The notes below the pieces were generated by a model that saw only the letters and a program-made list of their open reading frames with translations, had not been told where the DNA came from and made no database searches. A stretch of 40,375 bases of DNA, taken from IMG/VR virus record IMGVR_UViG_3300015050_000784, positions 1 to 40,375 of that record. One strand, 5' to 3'. Both the position numbers and the translations under genes were made by a program. Source of the stretch: a virus (taxonomy: Duplodnaviria > Caudoviricetes). Shown here piece after piece: positions 1-7,801 of the stretch (positions are counted from its first letter, which is position 1; each line of letters starts with the position of its first letter).

Positions 1-22
1 AACGGAAACGGATCGAAACCTG

Positions 23-466
23 TTGGGATGGCTGAAATCGTCGCTAGGCGTCGAAGCGAATCCGGTCTCCCGGATGATGTTCCCGCCAGATGGGAAGCCT
101 TACCGGGCGATCAGCCATTTTGAGTTTGGCGGAAAGCTGACGATGCCCGTTGCGGAGGCCCGAGAAAGGGCAAGGAGGGCCGTTCAGGCGGCAATGACGC
201 CACCGACCATGCAGGACACGGAAGCGTGGATTGCGGCGCTCTACGCGGCCACGGCGAGGCGAACGGAAGGCGAGACGAGCCTTGAACTGATCCTGAACCT
301 CTACGCCGGAACCTTGACCCGCTATCCGGCTGACGTGGCGAAACAGATTTGCATGGATTTTGCACTGCGCCGCGAAAAGCCGAATTGGTTCCCGACGCTG
401 AGCGAGATAGACGAGGCCTGCGAGAAGGCGACCAACCAACGCAAGCAGCTTTTGGAGAGCTTGTGA
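23..466 (+). CDS. Putative replication protein (helicase loader/inhibitor-like); start uncertain, may extend beyond the window edge
   Basis: C-terminal pattern LY...L..YP.D......FALRREKPNWFPTLSEI...C resembles phage loader-type proteins that follow replication initiators; the initiator-like ORF lies at the other end of the window. Confidence 0.5.
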   Translation: MGWLKSSLGVEANPVSRMMFPPDGKPYRAISHFEFGGKLTMPVAEARERARRAVQAAMTPPTMQDTEAWIAALYAATARRTEGETSLELILNLYAGTLTRYPADVAKQICMDFALRREKPNWFPTLSEIDEACEKATNQRKQLLESL

Positions 467-882
467 TGAAGGTTCTTGTTTGTGGGGGTCGTCACTACAG
501 CGACCGCGCCAAGGTGTTTGAGGTTCTCGATTACCTCCACCTGAACAGAAAGCCGATAACGCTTCTGATCCACGGGGCGGCGACCGGCGCTGACAGGCTT
601 GGCGAGGAATGGGCGAATGATCGAGGCGTTGAGCCGGATGCCTACCCGGCTGCATGGGGCGACCTGACCGCAAAGGGCGCAGTCATCAAGCGTCGTAAGG
701 ACGGGAGTTCCTACAACGCCAATGCCGGGCCAACGCGGAACTCTAAAATGCTGGCGCTCGGAAAGCCCGACTGCGTCGTGGCGTTTCCAGGCGGTGACGG
801 AACGGACAACATGATTTCTCAAGCAAGAATGGCGGGTGTCCGAGTTTTTGAGATTGCGGACCCAAGGGAGCAAGCGGCATGA
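466..882 (+). CDS. SLOG-family (DUF2493/YspA-like) protein
   Basis: MKVLVCGGRHY, LIHGAATGADRLG and AGPTRNSKML...VVAFPGGDGT motifs; ATG 466 overlaps the upstream TGA. Confidence 0.85.
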   Translation: MKVLVCGGRHYSDRAKVFEVLDYLHLNRKPITLLIHGAATGADRLGEEWANDRGVEPDAYPAAWGDLTAKGAVIKRRKDGSSYNANAGPTRNSKMLALGKPDCVVAFPGGDGTDNMISQARMAGVRVFEIADPREQAA

Positions 883-1043
883 AGCGAGACGAGTTTGATG
901 CGGTGATGAAGGATTTTCACGCCCGCATGAAGGAAATGCAGCCCGCCCCGAAAGCCACTAGCGCAGTCAAATACGGGCCGCCTGATTGCCGGATCGTCAC
1001 CCCCGAAGGTCGCGCGCTGATCGAGCGAATGCGCCAACCCTAA
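879..1043 (+). CDS. Hypothetical protein, 54 aa (not in ORF track)
   Basis: ATGA overlap with the upstream gene; MKRDEFDAVMKDF...MRQP read manually. Confidence 0.55.
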   Translation: MKRDEFDAVMKDFHARMKEMQPAPKATSAVKYGPPDCRIVTPEGRALIERMRQP

Positions 1044-1069
1044 CCCAACCAAACCCGTAACAGGAGAAG

Positions 1070-1234
1070 ATGATGATCTGCCGAACATGCCAAGGAACAA
1101 GCAGCATCATGTCGCGTGGTCTGCCACTTGAGTGGTTCGATTGCCCTAGCTGTTCAGGACACGGCGCGCGCGTTCAGTTCGGGCCGTCGGAAACACGAAT
1201 TCACGCGCTTAAGATAAAGAAACCAAAGCGTTAG
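1070..1234 (+). CDS. Small zinc-finger protein with CxxCxG repeats, 54 aa (not in ORF track)
   Basis: RBS AGGAG; MMICRTCQG...DCPSCSGHG. Confidence 0.65.
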   Translation: MMICRTCQGTSSIMSRGLPLEWFDCPSCSGHGARVQFGPSETRIHALKIKKPKR

Positions 1235-1284
1235 CCAAACCCAACCAACATAGAATGAGAGCCAGAAACTATTTCTCTCAGGGT

Positions 1285-1320
1285 GGTTGACCGTGGGTGT
1301 GATTGGTGTAGGTTGACCGT
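1285..1320 (+). promoter_or_regulatory. Sigma70-like promoter for a leaderless methylase mRNA, with two GGTTGACCGT boxes
   Basis: TTGACC(1287)-16 nt-TAGGTT(1309)-6 nt-ATG(1321); no Shine-Dalgarno sequence. Confidence 0.55.
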
Positions 1321-2064
1321 ATGAAGGTTCTCGATCTTTTCAGCGGTATTGGTGGGTTCGGTTTGGGCCTGGAAGCGGCCGGAATGGCCACCGAAGCCTT
1401 GTGCGAGATTGAGCCGTATCCAAGGAAGGTTCTTGCCCTCCGCTGGCCTCAGACAAGGTGCTATGACGATGTACGAACCCTCACGGCAGATAGACTTGTT
1501 CGAGACGGGATTGCCTTGCCAGACATCATCTGTGGCGGATTTCCATGCCAAGACCTCAGCGCGTCAGGAGACCAGAAGGGCATTGGCGAGGAAACTCGCA
1601 GTGGCCTTTTCCGCCATATCATCCGGCTTGCTGTTGAAGTTGGCTCCGTGGGCCAAAAACCATATCTCCTCTTTGAGAACGTCACACGGCTTCTCAGCGG
1701 CCCAGCGGAAAATCCTGGAGAATGGTTCGGCGAGTTTCTCAACGCGCTGGCCGAGATCGGGTACGATGCAGAGTGGTTTTGTCTATCCGCTGCCTCCATT
1801 GGAGCGCCGCACGAGCGGGACAGAATCTGGGTTGTTGCCTACCCCCACGAAACACAACTCGAAAGAGGGGGCATATCCCGCCGAGTATACGAGAAACACG
1901 CCGACTTTGGCGACTCATGCTGGGGGCAAGATAAACCCGGAGTGGTCCGAACACTTGATGGGGTTCCCTCACAAATGGACCGCGTTGGATGCCTCGGAAA
2001 CGCCATTGTCCCTCGAATAGCCCAGATCATTGGGGAAGCAATTATGGAGACCGTAAATGCCTAA
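1321..2064 (+). CDS. DNA (cytosine-5) methyltransferase, large (alpha) subunit
   Basis: Motif I DLFSGIGG, IV GGFPCQD, VI FENV, VIII HERDRIW, X LGNAIVP; too short to contain a TRD and motif IX. Confidence 0.92.
   Translation: MKVLDLFSGIGGFGLGLEAAGMATEALCEIEPYPRKVLALRWPQTRCYDDVRTLTADRLVRDGIALPDIICGGFPCQDLSASGDQKGIGEETRSGLFRHIIRLAVEVGSVGQKPYLLFENVTRLLSGPAENPGEWFGEFLNALAEIGYDAEWFCLSAASIGAPHERDRIWVVAYPHETQLERGGISRRVYEKHADFGDSCWGQDKPGVVRTLDGVPSQMDRVGCLGNAIVPRIAQIIGEAIMETVNA
1463..2020 (+). CDS. Overlapping alternative-frame ORF, probable methyltransferase small (beta) subunit carrying the TRD and motif IX
   Basis: Frame open 1349-2020 entirely within the MTase gene; LLPTP and INPEWSEHLMGFPHKWT (motif IX-like); ATG 1463 preceded by AAGGTG. 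Confidence 0.75.
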   Translation: MTMYEPSRQIDLFETGLPCQTSSVADFHAKTSARQETRRALARKLAVAFSAISSGLLLKLAPWAKNHISSLRTSHGFSAAQRKILENGSASFSTRWPRSGTMQSGFVYPLPPLERRTSGTESGLLPTPTKHNSKEGAYPAEYTRNTPTLATHAGGKINPEWSEHLMGFPHKWTALDASETPLSLE

Positions 2065-2323
2065 TCTGACGAGACCCAGCGCAAAAACAACGCAAGTGAT
2101 GTGCAGCGCCTTTCACCATGTCGCCAGGCTAGGCGGCGATCACCATGACGGAATGGCTGCTGCTTTCATTGCGGCCAGAACCTTTCGTGAAAACGTGGAA
2201 ACTTACGGCACGGCTGCCTACGAAGCAGCATCCGCTGTGATGCGAAAAAAGAACTGTGCTTTAGTGAAAGCAAGTTCGGATGGGGTTGACCCCAAGGTTG
2301 ACCCGTGTATGGTGCCCTTATGA
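2057..2323 (+). CDS. Hypothetical protein
   Basis: ORF overlapping the MTase stop; GGAG upstream. Confidence 0.45.
   Translation: MPNLTRPSAKTTQVMCSAFHHVARLGGDHHDGMAAAFIAARTFRENVETYGTAAYEAASAVMRKKNCALVKASSDGVDPKVDPCMVPL
2284..2319 (+). promoter_or_regulatory. Sigma70-like promoter for a leaderless mRNA, with two GGTTGACC boxes
   Basis: TTGACC(2286)-16 nt-TATGGT(2308)-6 nt-ATG(2320); same architecture as 1285-1320. Confidence 0.55.
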
Positions 2324-2469
2324 ACAAGCGACCAAACGTAATCAGTGTCCGCCCCCGAAAGGGATCAGAGTTGGAAGCTGTCTGGCTTGAATGCCAGCGA
2401 GACATCGCCGTCATGCGCGAAAAGATTCATGCGTGGGCCAATGATGCCCGCAAGGAGAAGCAGCAATGA
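2320..2469 (+). CDS. Small protein, 49 aa, possible ribbon-helix-helix-like regulator (not in ORF track)
   Basis: MNKRPNVISVRPRKGSELEAVW...; its stop overlaps the next ATG; the fold is a guess. Confidence 0.5.
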   Translation: MNKRPNVISVRPRKGSELEAVWLECQRDIAVMREKIHAWANDARKEKQQ

Positions 2470-2672
2470 TCGACCATCACACCGAATACACCCACGGCCT
2501 CGCCTCTGACATGCGCCGTCGTCATCTCCCGCCTTCGTCAAGCTCTGCGGGTTGGGACTTCTCCACCGACTGCCCTACCACTACCGGCTATCTCCGTAAC
2601 ATCCTTCCTGTTCTGGCCTTTGCCGTTGCAGTGATTGGATTGATCGCCATTGGATCGAGGATCGGGCTGTGA
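2466..2672 (+). CDS. Hypothetical membrane protein
   Basis: RBS AAGGAG; C-terminal hydrophobic segment. Confidence 0.6.
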   Translation: MIDHHTEYTHGLASDMRRRHLPPSSSSAGWDFSTDCPTTTGYLRNILPVLAFAVAVIGLIAIGSRIGL

Positions 2673-3094
2673 CTGATTCCCCCAACTTCCACGAACGTCT
2701 TGAGGGGCTGGCTCGGGCTGCGACGCCGGGGCCTTGGTATCTCCGCACGAACCGACATCCGGCGACGAATGGAAACGATTGGGGATGGCTTGACGCCTAC
2801 CCGCCCGGTGGCCGCCAGTCAGCGCCAGAAGGCGTCGCGGTAACATGGGAAGCGGGCCGCCAGTCCCGGCACAACGCCGCCTACATCGCCGCCGTCCACC
2901 CCCAAGCCATCCTCGCTCTGATCGCTGAGAACCGGGCGTATCGGGAGGCGCTGGAGGCGCACGATCGGTACATGATCGATGCCGGTTACGAGGGGCCTGA
3001 CAGCTCGTCCTTGCACCCCAAGGCCGCCGAGAACTGGCGTCGTGTCCGCGCCGTCCTCACCCCCATCCAACAAGGAGGCCAGAGCCATGAATAG
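2669..3094 (+). CDS. Ead/Ea22-like protein
   Basis: LARAATPGPW and NAAYIAAVHPQAILALIAE motifs. Confidence 0.75.
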   Translation: MTDSPNFHERLEGLARAATPGPWYLRTNRHPATNGNDWGWLDAYPPGGRQSAPEGVAVTWEAGRQSRHNAAYIAAVHPQAILALIAENRAYREALEAHDRYMIDAGYEGPDSSSLHPKAAENWRRVRAVLTPIQQGGQSHE

Positions 3095-3245
3095 CTATGT
3101 GGTTGCGGGTTTGTTGCTGATCGTCATCGGGCCGCTTCTGGTGGACGGCAGCCCGTCTCGGCTCGACCGGGCGGTCGCCTGTGGATTTCGCCTTTCAGTC
3201 AACCTCGCCGCTGCGGGGCTGATGGCATGGGGTCTTATCAAATGA
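3087..3245 (+). CDS. Small membrane protein
   Basis: MNSYVVAGLLLIVIG...; two hydrophobic segments; AGGAGG upstream. Confidence 0.55.
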   Translation: MNSYVVAGLLLIVIGPLLVDGSPSRLDRAVACGFRLSVNLAAAGLMAWGLIK

Positions 3246-3898
3246 CCTCCCAACCAACCCCAGGCGAAGTCCTGAACGGTGAGAGCGTCCGGCTTCTGCC
3301 ATGCCCGTTCTGTGCCGGAGCGGCATCTCACCACGTCAACCGCGACCGTCATCGTAATGATGGCGAACATGACATCGAATGCGACAGGTGCGGCGCGGCT
3401 ATTAGGAAGGAGCTGACCAAGGCTGACGCCATCGCCGCATGGAACACGCGCCAACAACCCTCTGGTGGTCAGGACGGGGGCGGGGAGCTTGAGCGGCTGA
3501 AGGAAACCCTTCTCGAAGAGGTCGCCGTTGCCGCCGAGCAATCTGATGCAACGCCCATGGAGCGGTTTGTCGCCGAGGCGCTGTGTTCCGACGACGCAAA
3601 GGCGAAGGGCCTCGTTGATCGGGTGTGGGTTGTCAGCCTGCCCGACGCCCGCAAGGCCATCGCGGCGGTCGAGGCCTTCGCCCTCGCTTCCCCCGCTAAA
3701 GCAACTGGCTGGCCGTCGAGGGCGGATGCCGAAAAGCTGCCGGTCGTCGGGACCGCGCGACGCCGCCCTCATTGGGATTTCTGGTCGGTCCACTACGGGC
3801 CGCCCGTGGATATGGATGGCTATGAGACTGACGGGCTGGTTCGCCTGTCGGACGTACTCGCCCTGTTCACCCGCCCTGAAGATGAAGGGGCGGCGTGA
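3242..3898 (+). CDS. Lar-family (restriction alleviation) zinc-finger domain protein
   Basis: LLPCPFCAG...IECDRCGA...AIAAWNTR signature. Confidence 0.75.
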   Translation: MTSQPTPGEVLNGESVRLLPCPFCAGAASHHVNRDRHRNDGEHDIECDRCGAAIRKELTKADAIAAWNTRQQPSGGQDGGGELERLKETLLEEVAVAAEQSDATPMERFVAEALCSDDAKAKGLVDRVWVVSLPDARKAIAAVEAFALASPAKATGWPSRADAEKLPVVGTARRRPHWDFWSVHYGPPVDMDGYETDGLVRLSDVLALFTRPEDEGAA

Positions 3899-4284
3899 TG
3901 ACTTTTACAACCGAACGGGTCATCGCGAAGGTTCGGAAGGAGCGCAAGTGCGAGGCCTGCCGCCAAGCCATCGAGGTCGGCTCGCCCGCTATCGACTGGT
4001 CCGGCACGACAGACGGCGACTTCAGCCATGTATCCTTCCACCCCGAATGCCGGGCCGCTGAGATCGCCCTGAACAAGGCCGCTGGAACCGATTGGGATGA
4101 GTGGTTCGGCCTGTCGGAAATGGAGTGGGAGGACTGGCAGTTCATCCTCGATGACCACCCCGTCGTGGCCGCTCGCGTCGGCATAACGCAGGCCAAAATC
4201 GATGAGGTCGAGGCCGACCAAGCCGCCTGCCGCGCCGCGCGGCTCGCGGCCTCCACCACCCCCCATCAAGGCAGAAACCCATGA
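3895..4284 (+). CDS. Hypothetical Cys-rich phage protein
   Basis: RKERKCEAC...HPEC; translationally coupled to its neighbours. Confidence 0.65.
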   Translation: MMTFTTERVIAKVRKERKCEACRQAIEVGSPAIDWSGTTDGDFSHVSFHPECRAAEIALNKAAGTDWDEWFGLSEMEWEDWQFILDDHPVVAARVGITQAKIDEVEADQAACRAARLAASTTPHQGRNP

Positions 4285-4835
4285 ATGAGAAGAACGACGA
4301 GGGGCGGTATGACCGCGACCTGATCGACCGACTTTCGGCTCAAGACTGGCGCGGCGTTCAATCCACGCTGTTCCGCCTCACAAAGAGCCAAGCCGAACGT
4401 CTGCAAGCCGCCCTCTCCCCCAGCGAGCAGCCGGAGCCTGTGGCTTTGCCGGAGACGCTGGACTGGCTCAAGGTAGACGGCGGCGCGCTCTTCCACGAAC
4501 GCGCATCGTTCGGCGACTACGTCCTAGACGTCACGCTGGGTCACGATCAAATCTGGGCCTACCGCGTGAACAATACCGGCCGCTTGCATTTTGATGGCGA
4601 AGCGAGCGCCAAGGCCGCCGCGATGGAAGACCTCAGGGGCCGTCTTTCGATCCGATGGGCCGCCGCGCAGAAGACCCTGTTGCTCTACGCCCAACCCAGC
4701 AAGCAGACCGGCGGGGGTGGGGTGGTGATCCCTCGCGATCTCGCTGAGGCCGCAGTTGACGCGTTCAGGAATGATTGTCGGGACGCCCGCGCCGATGAAA
4801 TGGAAAGCTGCCTCTCTACGAATGAGGTGGGGTGA
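4281..4835 (+). CDS. Hypothetical protein
   Basis: Coupled ORF (ATGA overlap). Confidence 0.6.
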   Translation: MNEKNDEGRYDRDLIDRLSAQDWRGVQSTLFRLTKSQAERLQAALSPSEQPEPVALPETLDWLKVDGGALFHERASFGDYVLDVTLGHDQIWAYRVNNTGRLHFDGEASAKAAAMEDLRGRLSIRWAAAQKTLLLYAQPSKQTGGGGVVIPRDLAEAAVDAFRNDCRDARADEMESCLSTNEVG

Positions 4836-5056
4836 TGGCCGACAGCATCGGCCCAGGAAAAACACGGTTCATCCCGAATGACGACGGCTCTCTTTCGCTG
4901 AGGCGATGGAACGACCCCGCATGGCAGACGCGCTTTGCTGACGCCCATGAGCTGACCGGTCATCGGGCCGGGGAAAACATCACCCGTCTGCTCGCCAAGG
5001 CCTACACCATGGGCATGGAAGACAAGGCGACAATCATCAAGGACGCCCTGTCATGA
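4832..5056 (+). CDS. Hypothetical protein
   Basis: Coupled ORF; GAGG upstream. Confidence 0.55.
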   Translation: MMADSIGPGKTRFIPNDDGSLSLRRWNDPAWQTRFADAHELTGHRAGENITRLLAKAYTMGMEDKATIIKDALS

Positions 5057-5538
5057 CCCTCCCCACACCTACAGGGTCGGCTCCCGATGATGGTTCATCC
5101 GCTGCGCGGATACCCACCGAACAGACGGTGAAGCCCGCCGGTCTCATCGAACGGCTGGAAGCGGCTGAGGTCGGGTCGCGGGAACTGGACATGGCAGTTG
5201 CCGTGTCGCTTGGTCAGCCCTTTAAGCCTGAACGATTTCTGCCCACAGGCCGCTATCGTGAGAACCTGCGCATTGCAGCCGAAGCAGACCCCTACACCAC
5301 CTCCCTAGACGCAGCCCTGTCTTTGGCAGAGCGGGTGGGGCTTTCTTGCGGTGACCTTCTTCACGCGGCATGGCGGCGAGTGTCGCTTCGCTATCGGCTG
5401 CACGCTGAGTTCTGGAAGCCCGAACACGGATCGTACCCAGCCGCTGTAGCCCTCGCCCTCTGCGCGGCAATATTGAAGGCTGTTGACGACGAAGCGGCCG
5501 CCCGCATATCCGCTAGACAAGAAGGGGGTGAGGGATGA
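5053..5538 (+). CDS. Hypothetical phage protein
   Basis: LIERLEAAEVGSRELD...YTTSLDAALSL...ALALCAAIL pattern typical of alphaproteobacterial phage accessory proteins. Confidence 0.65.
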   Translation: MTLPTPTGSAPDDGSSAARIPTEQTVKPAGLIERLEAAEVGSRELDMAVAVSLGQPFKPERFLPTGRYRENLRIAAEADPYTTSLDAALSLAERVGLSCGDLLHAAWRRVSLRYRLHAEFWKPEHGSYPAAVALALCAAILKAVDDEAAARISARQEGGEG

Positions 5539-5564
5539 GAGACCAAAGAAACTGAAAATACCTG

Positions 5565-5592
5565 TTGCGTCGATCTGACGTTGGTGTATGGT
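5565..5592 (+). promoter_or_regulatory. Promoter/operator repeat, copy 1
   Basis: TTGCGT-16 nt-TATGGT with an internal CGTC-N5-GACG inverted repeat; 25/26 nt identical to 6118-6143. Confidence 0.65.
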
Positions 5593-5641
5593 CTCAATAC
5601 CGGCGCAGGGCATGAAGCACTAGCCGGAAGGAAACAGACAG

Positions 5642-5926
5642 ATGATCCTCCGAACCAAAGCACAAGTTTTGGCGTGGGCTGAATCAAACGGCGTCGAGAT
5701 TAGCTATGAGCGCCCTAGCTTCATGTCCCCAATCCATCACGTTCACGCAGACATTATGGCGGACGATACCATTTTTCGCGCCCATGCTCTGCACAACCTT
5801 AGCCTTTGGGATGACGAGAAAGCCCCCGATTGGGCTGCGGTTGGAAAAGAGCTGATCGAGGCTGATCTTGGTCAATGCCACATTGACGGATGTGAATATT
5901 GCAATCCTGAATGGGAAGATGAATGA
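5642..5926 (+). CDS. Hypothetical protein
   Basis: AAGGA RBS; C-terminal CxxxxCxxC. Confidence 0.65.
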   Translation: MILRTKAQVLAWAESNGVEISYERPSFMSPIHHVHADIMADDTIFRAHALHNLSLWDDEKAPDWAAVGKELIEADLGQCHIDGCEYCNPEWEDE

Positions 5927-6108
5927 CCACCGACCGCATGACTAGCGATCAATACCGCCAAGCCCTATCCACCCTCAACCTAACCCAAGGACAAGCCGCT
6001 AAATGGCTAGGCGTAAGCCTCAAGACATCGCACCTGTATGCCAGGAACGGGCCAAGCGGTCCTGCGGCCAAAGCGATCAGCCTCGCCATAAAATATGGGC
6101 TGGAGTGA
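5923..6108 (+). CDS. Small XRE/Cro-like helix-turn-helix regulator
   Basis: YRQALSTLNLTQGQAAKWLGVSLKT HTH pattern. Confidence 0.8.
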   Translation: MTTDRMTSDQYRQALSTLNLTQGQAAKWLGVSLKTSHLYARNGPSGPAAKAISLAIKYGLE

Positions 6109-6117
6109 AATAAACGC

Positions 6118-6145
6118 TTGCGTCGTTCTGACGTTGGTGTATGTT
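6118..6145 (+). promoter_or_regulatory. Promoter/operator repeat, copy 2
   Basis: TTGCGT-16 nt-TATGTT; near-identical to 5565-5590. Confidence 0.65.
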
Positions 6146-6168
6146 GGTTTCAACAAGGAGAGACAGAC

Positions 6169-6375
6169 ATGGCCAGCCAAGAATACGAAATACAGGTTGA
6201 AGAGTACGGTCCGAACGGCGACGAAGAAGATTGCCTGTGGGGCGTTCAACAAAAAGGCAAAACAGTTTTTGTCACCGACGTTTATGAGGAAGCTGAAAGC
6301 TGGATCGCAACCCAGCACGATTCCGCTACCTCAACCGTCGAAGGCCCTCTGGTTGGTCCGGTGGCTTGGCGCTGA
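6169..6375 (+). CDS. Acidic hypothetical protein
   Basis: Strong RBS AAGGAG before ATG 6169 (MASQEYEIQVEEY). Confidence 0.65.
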   Translation: MASQEYEIQVEEYGPNGDEEDCLWGVQQKGKTVFVTDVYEEAESWIATQHDSATSTVEGPLVGPVAWR

Positions 6376-6857
6376 TGGGCTGGCAAGTAAAAGATTTCGC
6401 GGACGGCTGGATTGATGTCGCTGATGAAGTAGAGGCCTGCAAGCTTTCTGCGGAGCATTCCGGAGCCGCGATCCGGCTTAAACCGCTCACACATGACCGT
6501 GTCATCGGAGACCGCGAATTCGTCGGCCGCATCAAGCGCATCACTTGGACCGACCTCAACCCCTTCACGCAAGGCTATGTCGAGGCGCTGCTTAGTAGCG
6601 TCGATCTTGTAGGCGAGCGGCTGGATAATGTTGACCCATATCGAGCGCCCGCCTTTTCCGACCTCGCCCCGGAAACCCTCGCTCGGATCATCGCGGACTG
6701 TGAGTTGTCGCATTCGCATTGGTGCCTGCCGCATCGCGCCTCGGACGGTCGCCGATTCTGGGACATGCGCCAGAACCCCGGAAACTGGAACAACTCGGGC
6801 GTCTTTCCGGTCATGACCATCCTGCTAGGCGACGATGGCAAGGTGAGGTTCGCATGA
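6375..6857 (+). CDS. Hypothetical protein
   Basis: TGATG coupling; FTQGYVEALL...GRRFW. Confidence 0.65.
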   Translation: MGWQVKDFADGWIDVADEVEACKLSAEHSGAAIRLKPLTHDRVIGDREFVGRIKRITWTDLNPFTQGYVEALLSSVDLVGERLDNVDPYRAPAFSDLAPETLARIIADCELSHSHWCLPHRASDGRRFWDMRQNPGNWNNSGVFPVMTILLGDDGKVRFA

Positions 6858-6938
6858 TCCCCGCCGCAAGCGCCAACCCCTAGACACCACCCATTCCAAC
6901 TGACGGGAACACAAACCCAAGCGTGACGTTAAGAGCGC

Positions 6939-7109
6939 ATGCCCCTGCTCATCTTCGCAATCATCGTGCTCCTCGTTCTCGCCCTGATTATTTTGGCTAT
7001 CGACATGCTTCCTGTCGGTGATGGTCGAGTGCGAAACCTGATCAAGGTTGTGGCAATCGTAATCGCCGCGCTGATCATTCTCCAAAGATCGGGTGTTGCA
7101 GGAATCTAA
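6939..7109 (+). CDS. Small two-TM membrane protein (Thivi_2564-like), 56 aa (not in ORF track)
   Basis: MPLLIFAIIVLLVLALIILAIDMLP...RNLIKVVAIVIAALIIL. Confidence 0.7.
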   Translation: MPLLIFAIIVLLVLALIILAIDMLPVGDGRVRNLIKVVAIVIAALIILQRSGVAGI

Positions 7110-7152
7110 GGGGCGTGTAATCTGTTCCGGCTTTCCCCAAAAAAGCCAACTG

Positions 7153-7187
7153 GCCCTGCTGACTTTGGTTGGCGGGGCTTTTCTTTT
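7153..7187 (+). terminator. Rho-independent terminator
   Basis: GCCCTGCTGAC-TTTG-GTTGGCGGGGC followed by TTTTCTTTT. Confidence 0.8.
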
Positions 7188-7238
7188 GTGTCATTCTCTA
7201 CTCACGTCCTGAATCCGGGACGGTTAGGAGAAGACACC

Positions 7239-7532
7239 ATGCCTATGATCTTGAAGACCGTCGAAAACGAATGGTCGCCTATTGCTTCCGACAATCCGCA
7301 CCATGTCACGTCAGACGTGGTCTCTTGCTCTTTCTCCCGCTATCCTGACGGTAGCGGCGCTAACGCTCTGATCTATGTCAGAGACAATGCGAAGAGCGCA
7401 CTGGTTCCCGGCTTTGTCGAACACGAAAAGCATGTCTCATTTACAGGAACGGCCTATCTCATGAACGAGAACGGAAAAACTATCTCTTCATTTACCGCCC
7501 GCACGAGTGGCGATGGCGGCACTGGCTGCTAG
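7239..7532 (+). CDS. Hypothetical protein in a terminator-bounded cassette
   Basis: RBS AGGAG; ends AYLMNENGKTISSF. Confidence 0.7.
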   Translation: MPMILKTVENEWSPIASDNPHHVTSDVVSCSFSRYPDGSGANALIYVRDNAKSALVPGFVEHEKHVSFTGTAYLMNENGKTISSFTARTSGDGGTGC

Positions 7533-7558
7533 GGCTCAGCTTTTGATTCTATCGTTAG

Positions 7559-7590
7559 GCCCCTGCTGGGAAACTGGCGGGGGCTTTTCT
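7559..7590 (+). terminator. Rho-independent terminator
   Basis: GCCCCTGCTGG-GAAA-CTGGCGGGGGC followed by TTTTCT. Confidence 0.8.
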
Positions 7591-7598
7591 CTGCGGCC

Positions 7599-7627
7599 TT
7601 GATATTCGCAACAAATATAGGCACAAT
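7599..7627 (+). promoter_or_regulatory. Candidate promoter at the start of the late region
   Basis: TTGATA-17 nt-CACAAT in an AT-rich gap after a terminator. Confidence 0.4.
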
Positions 7628-7661
7628 CCAGCACCTATCTAATGCCGTCTGGAGTTCGGCC

Positions 7662-7781
7662 ATGATGTATAAGACCTCTAAGCCGCTGGACCCAAAGCTT
7701 GTCCCGCAGCATAAGCGCGTCGCCATGAACCCGAACACGAAGGTTGGCGGTCCCAAAGGTAAGCCTAAGGGCATGGCCTAA
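7662..7781 (+). CDS. Small basic (Lys/Pro-rich) protein, 39 aa
   Basis: GGAG RBS; MMYKTSKPLDPKLVPQHKRVAM... Confidence 0.6.
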   Translation: MMYKTSKPLDPKLVPQHKRVAMNPNTKVGGPKGKPKGMA

Positions 7782-7783
7782 CC

Positions 7784-7801
7784 GCCCTTCGGGGCTTTTT
7801 C
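7784..7801 (+). terminator. Short terminator-like hairpin
   Basis: GCCC-TTCG-GGGC followed by TTTTT. Confidence 0.55.

Noticed and set aside
5565-6145. CRISPR-like repeat pair or att sites
   Set aside because: Only two copies 553 bp apart, each shaped like a promoter; no cas or integrase genes in the window.
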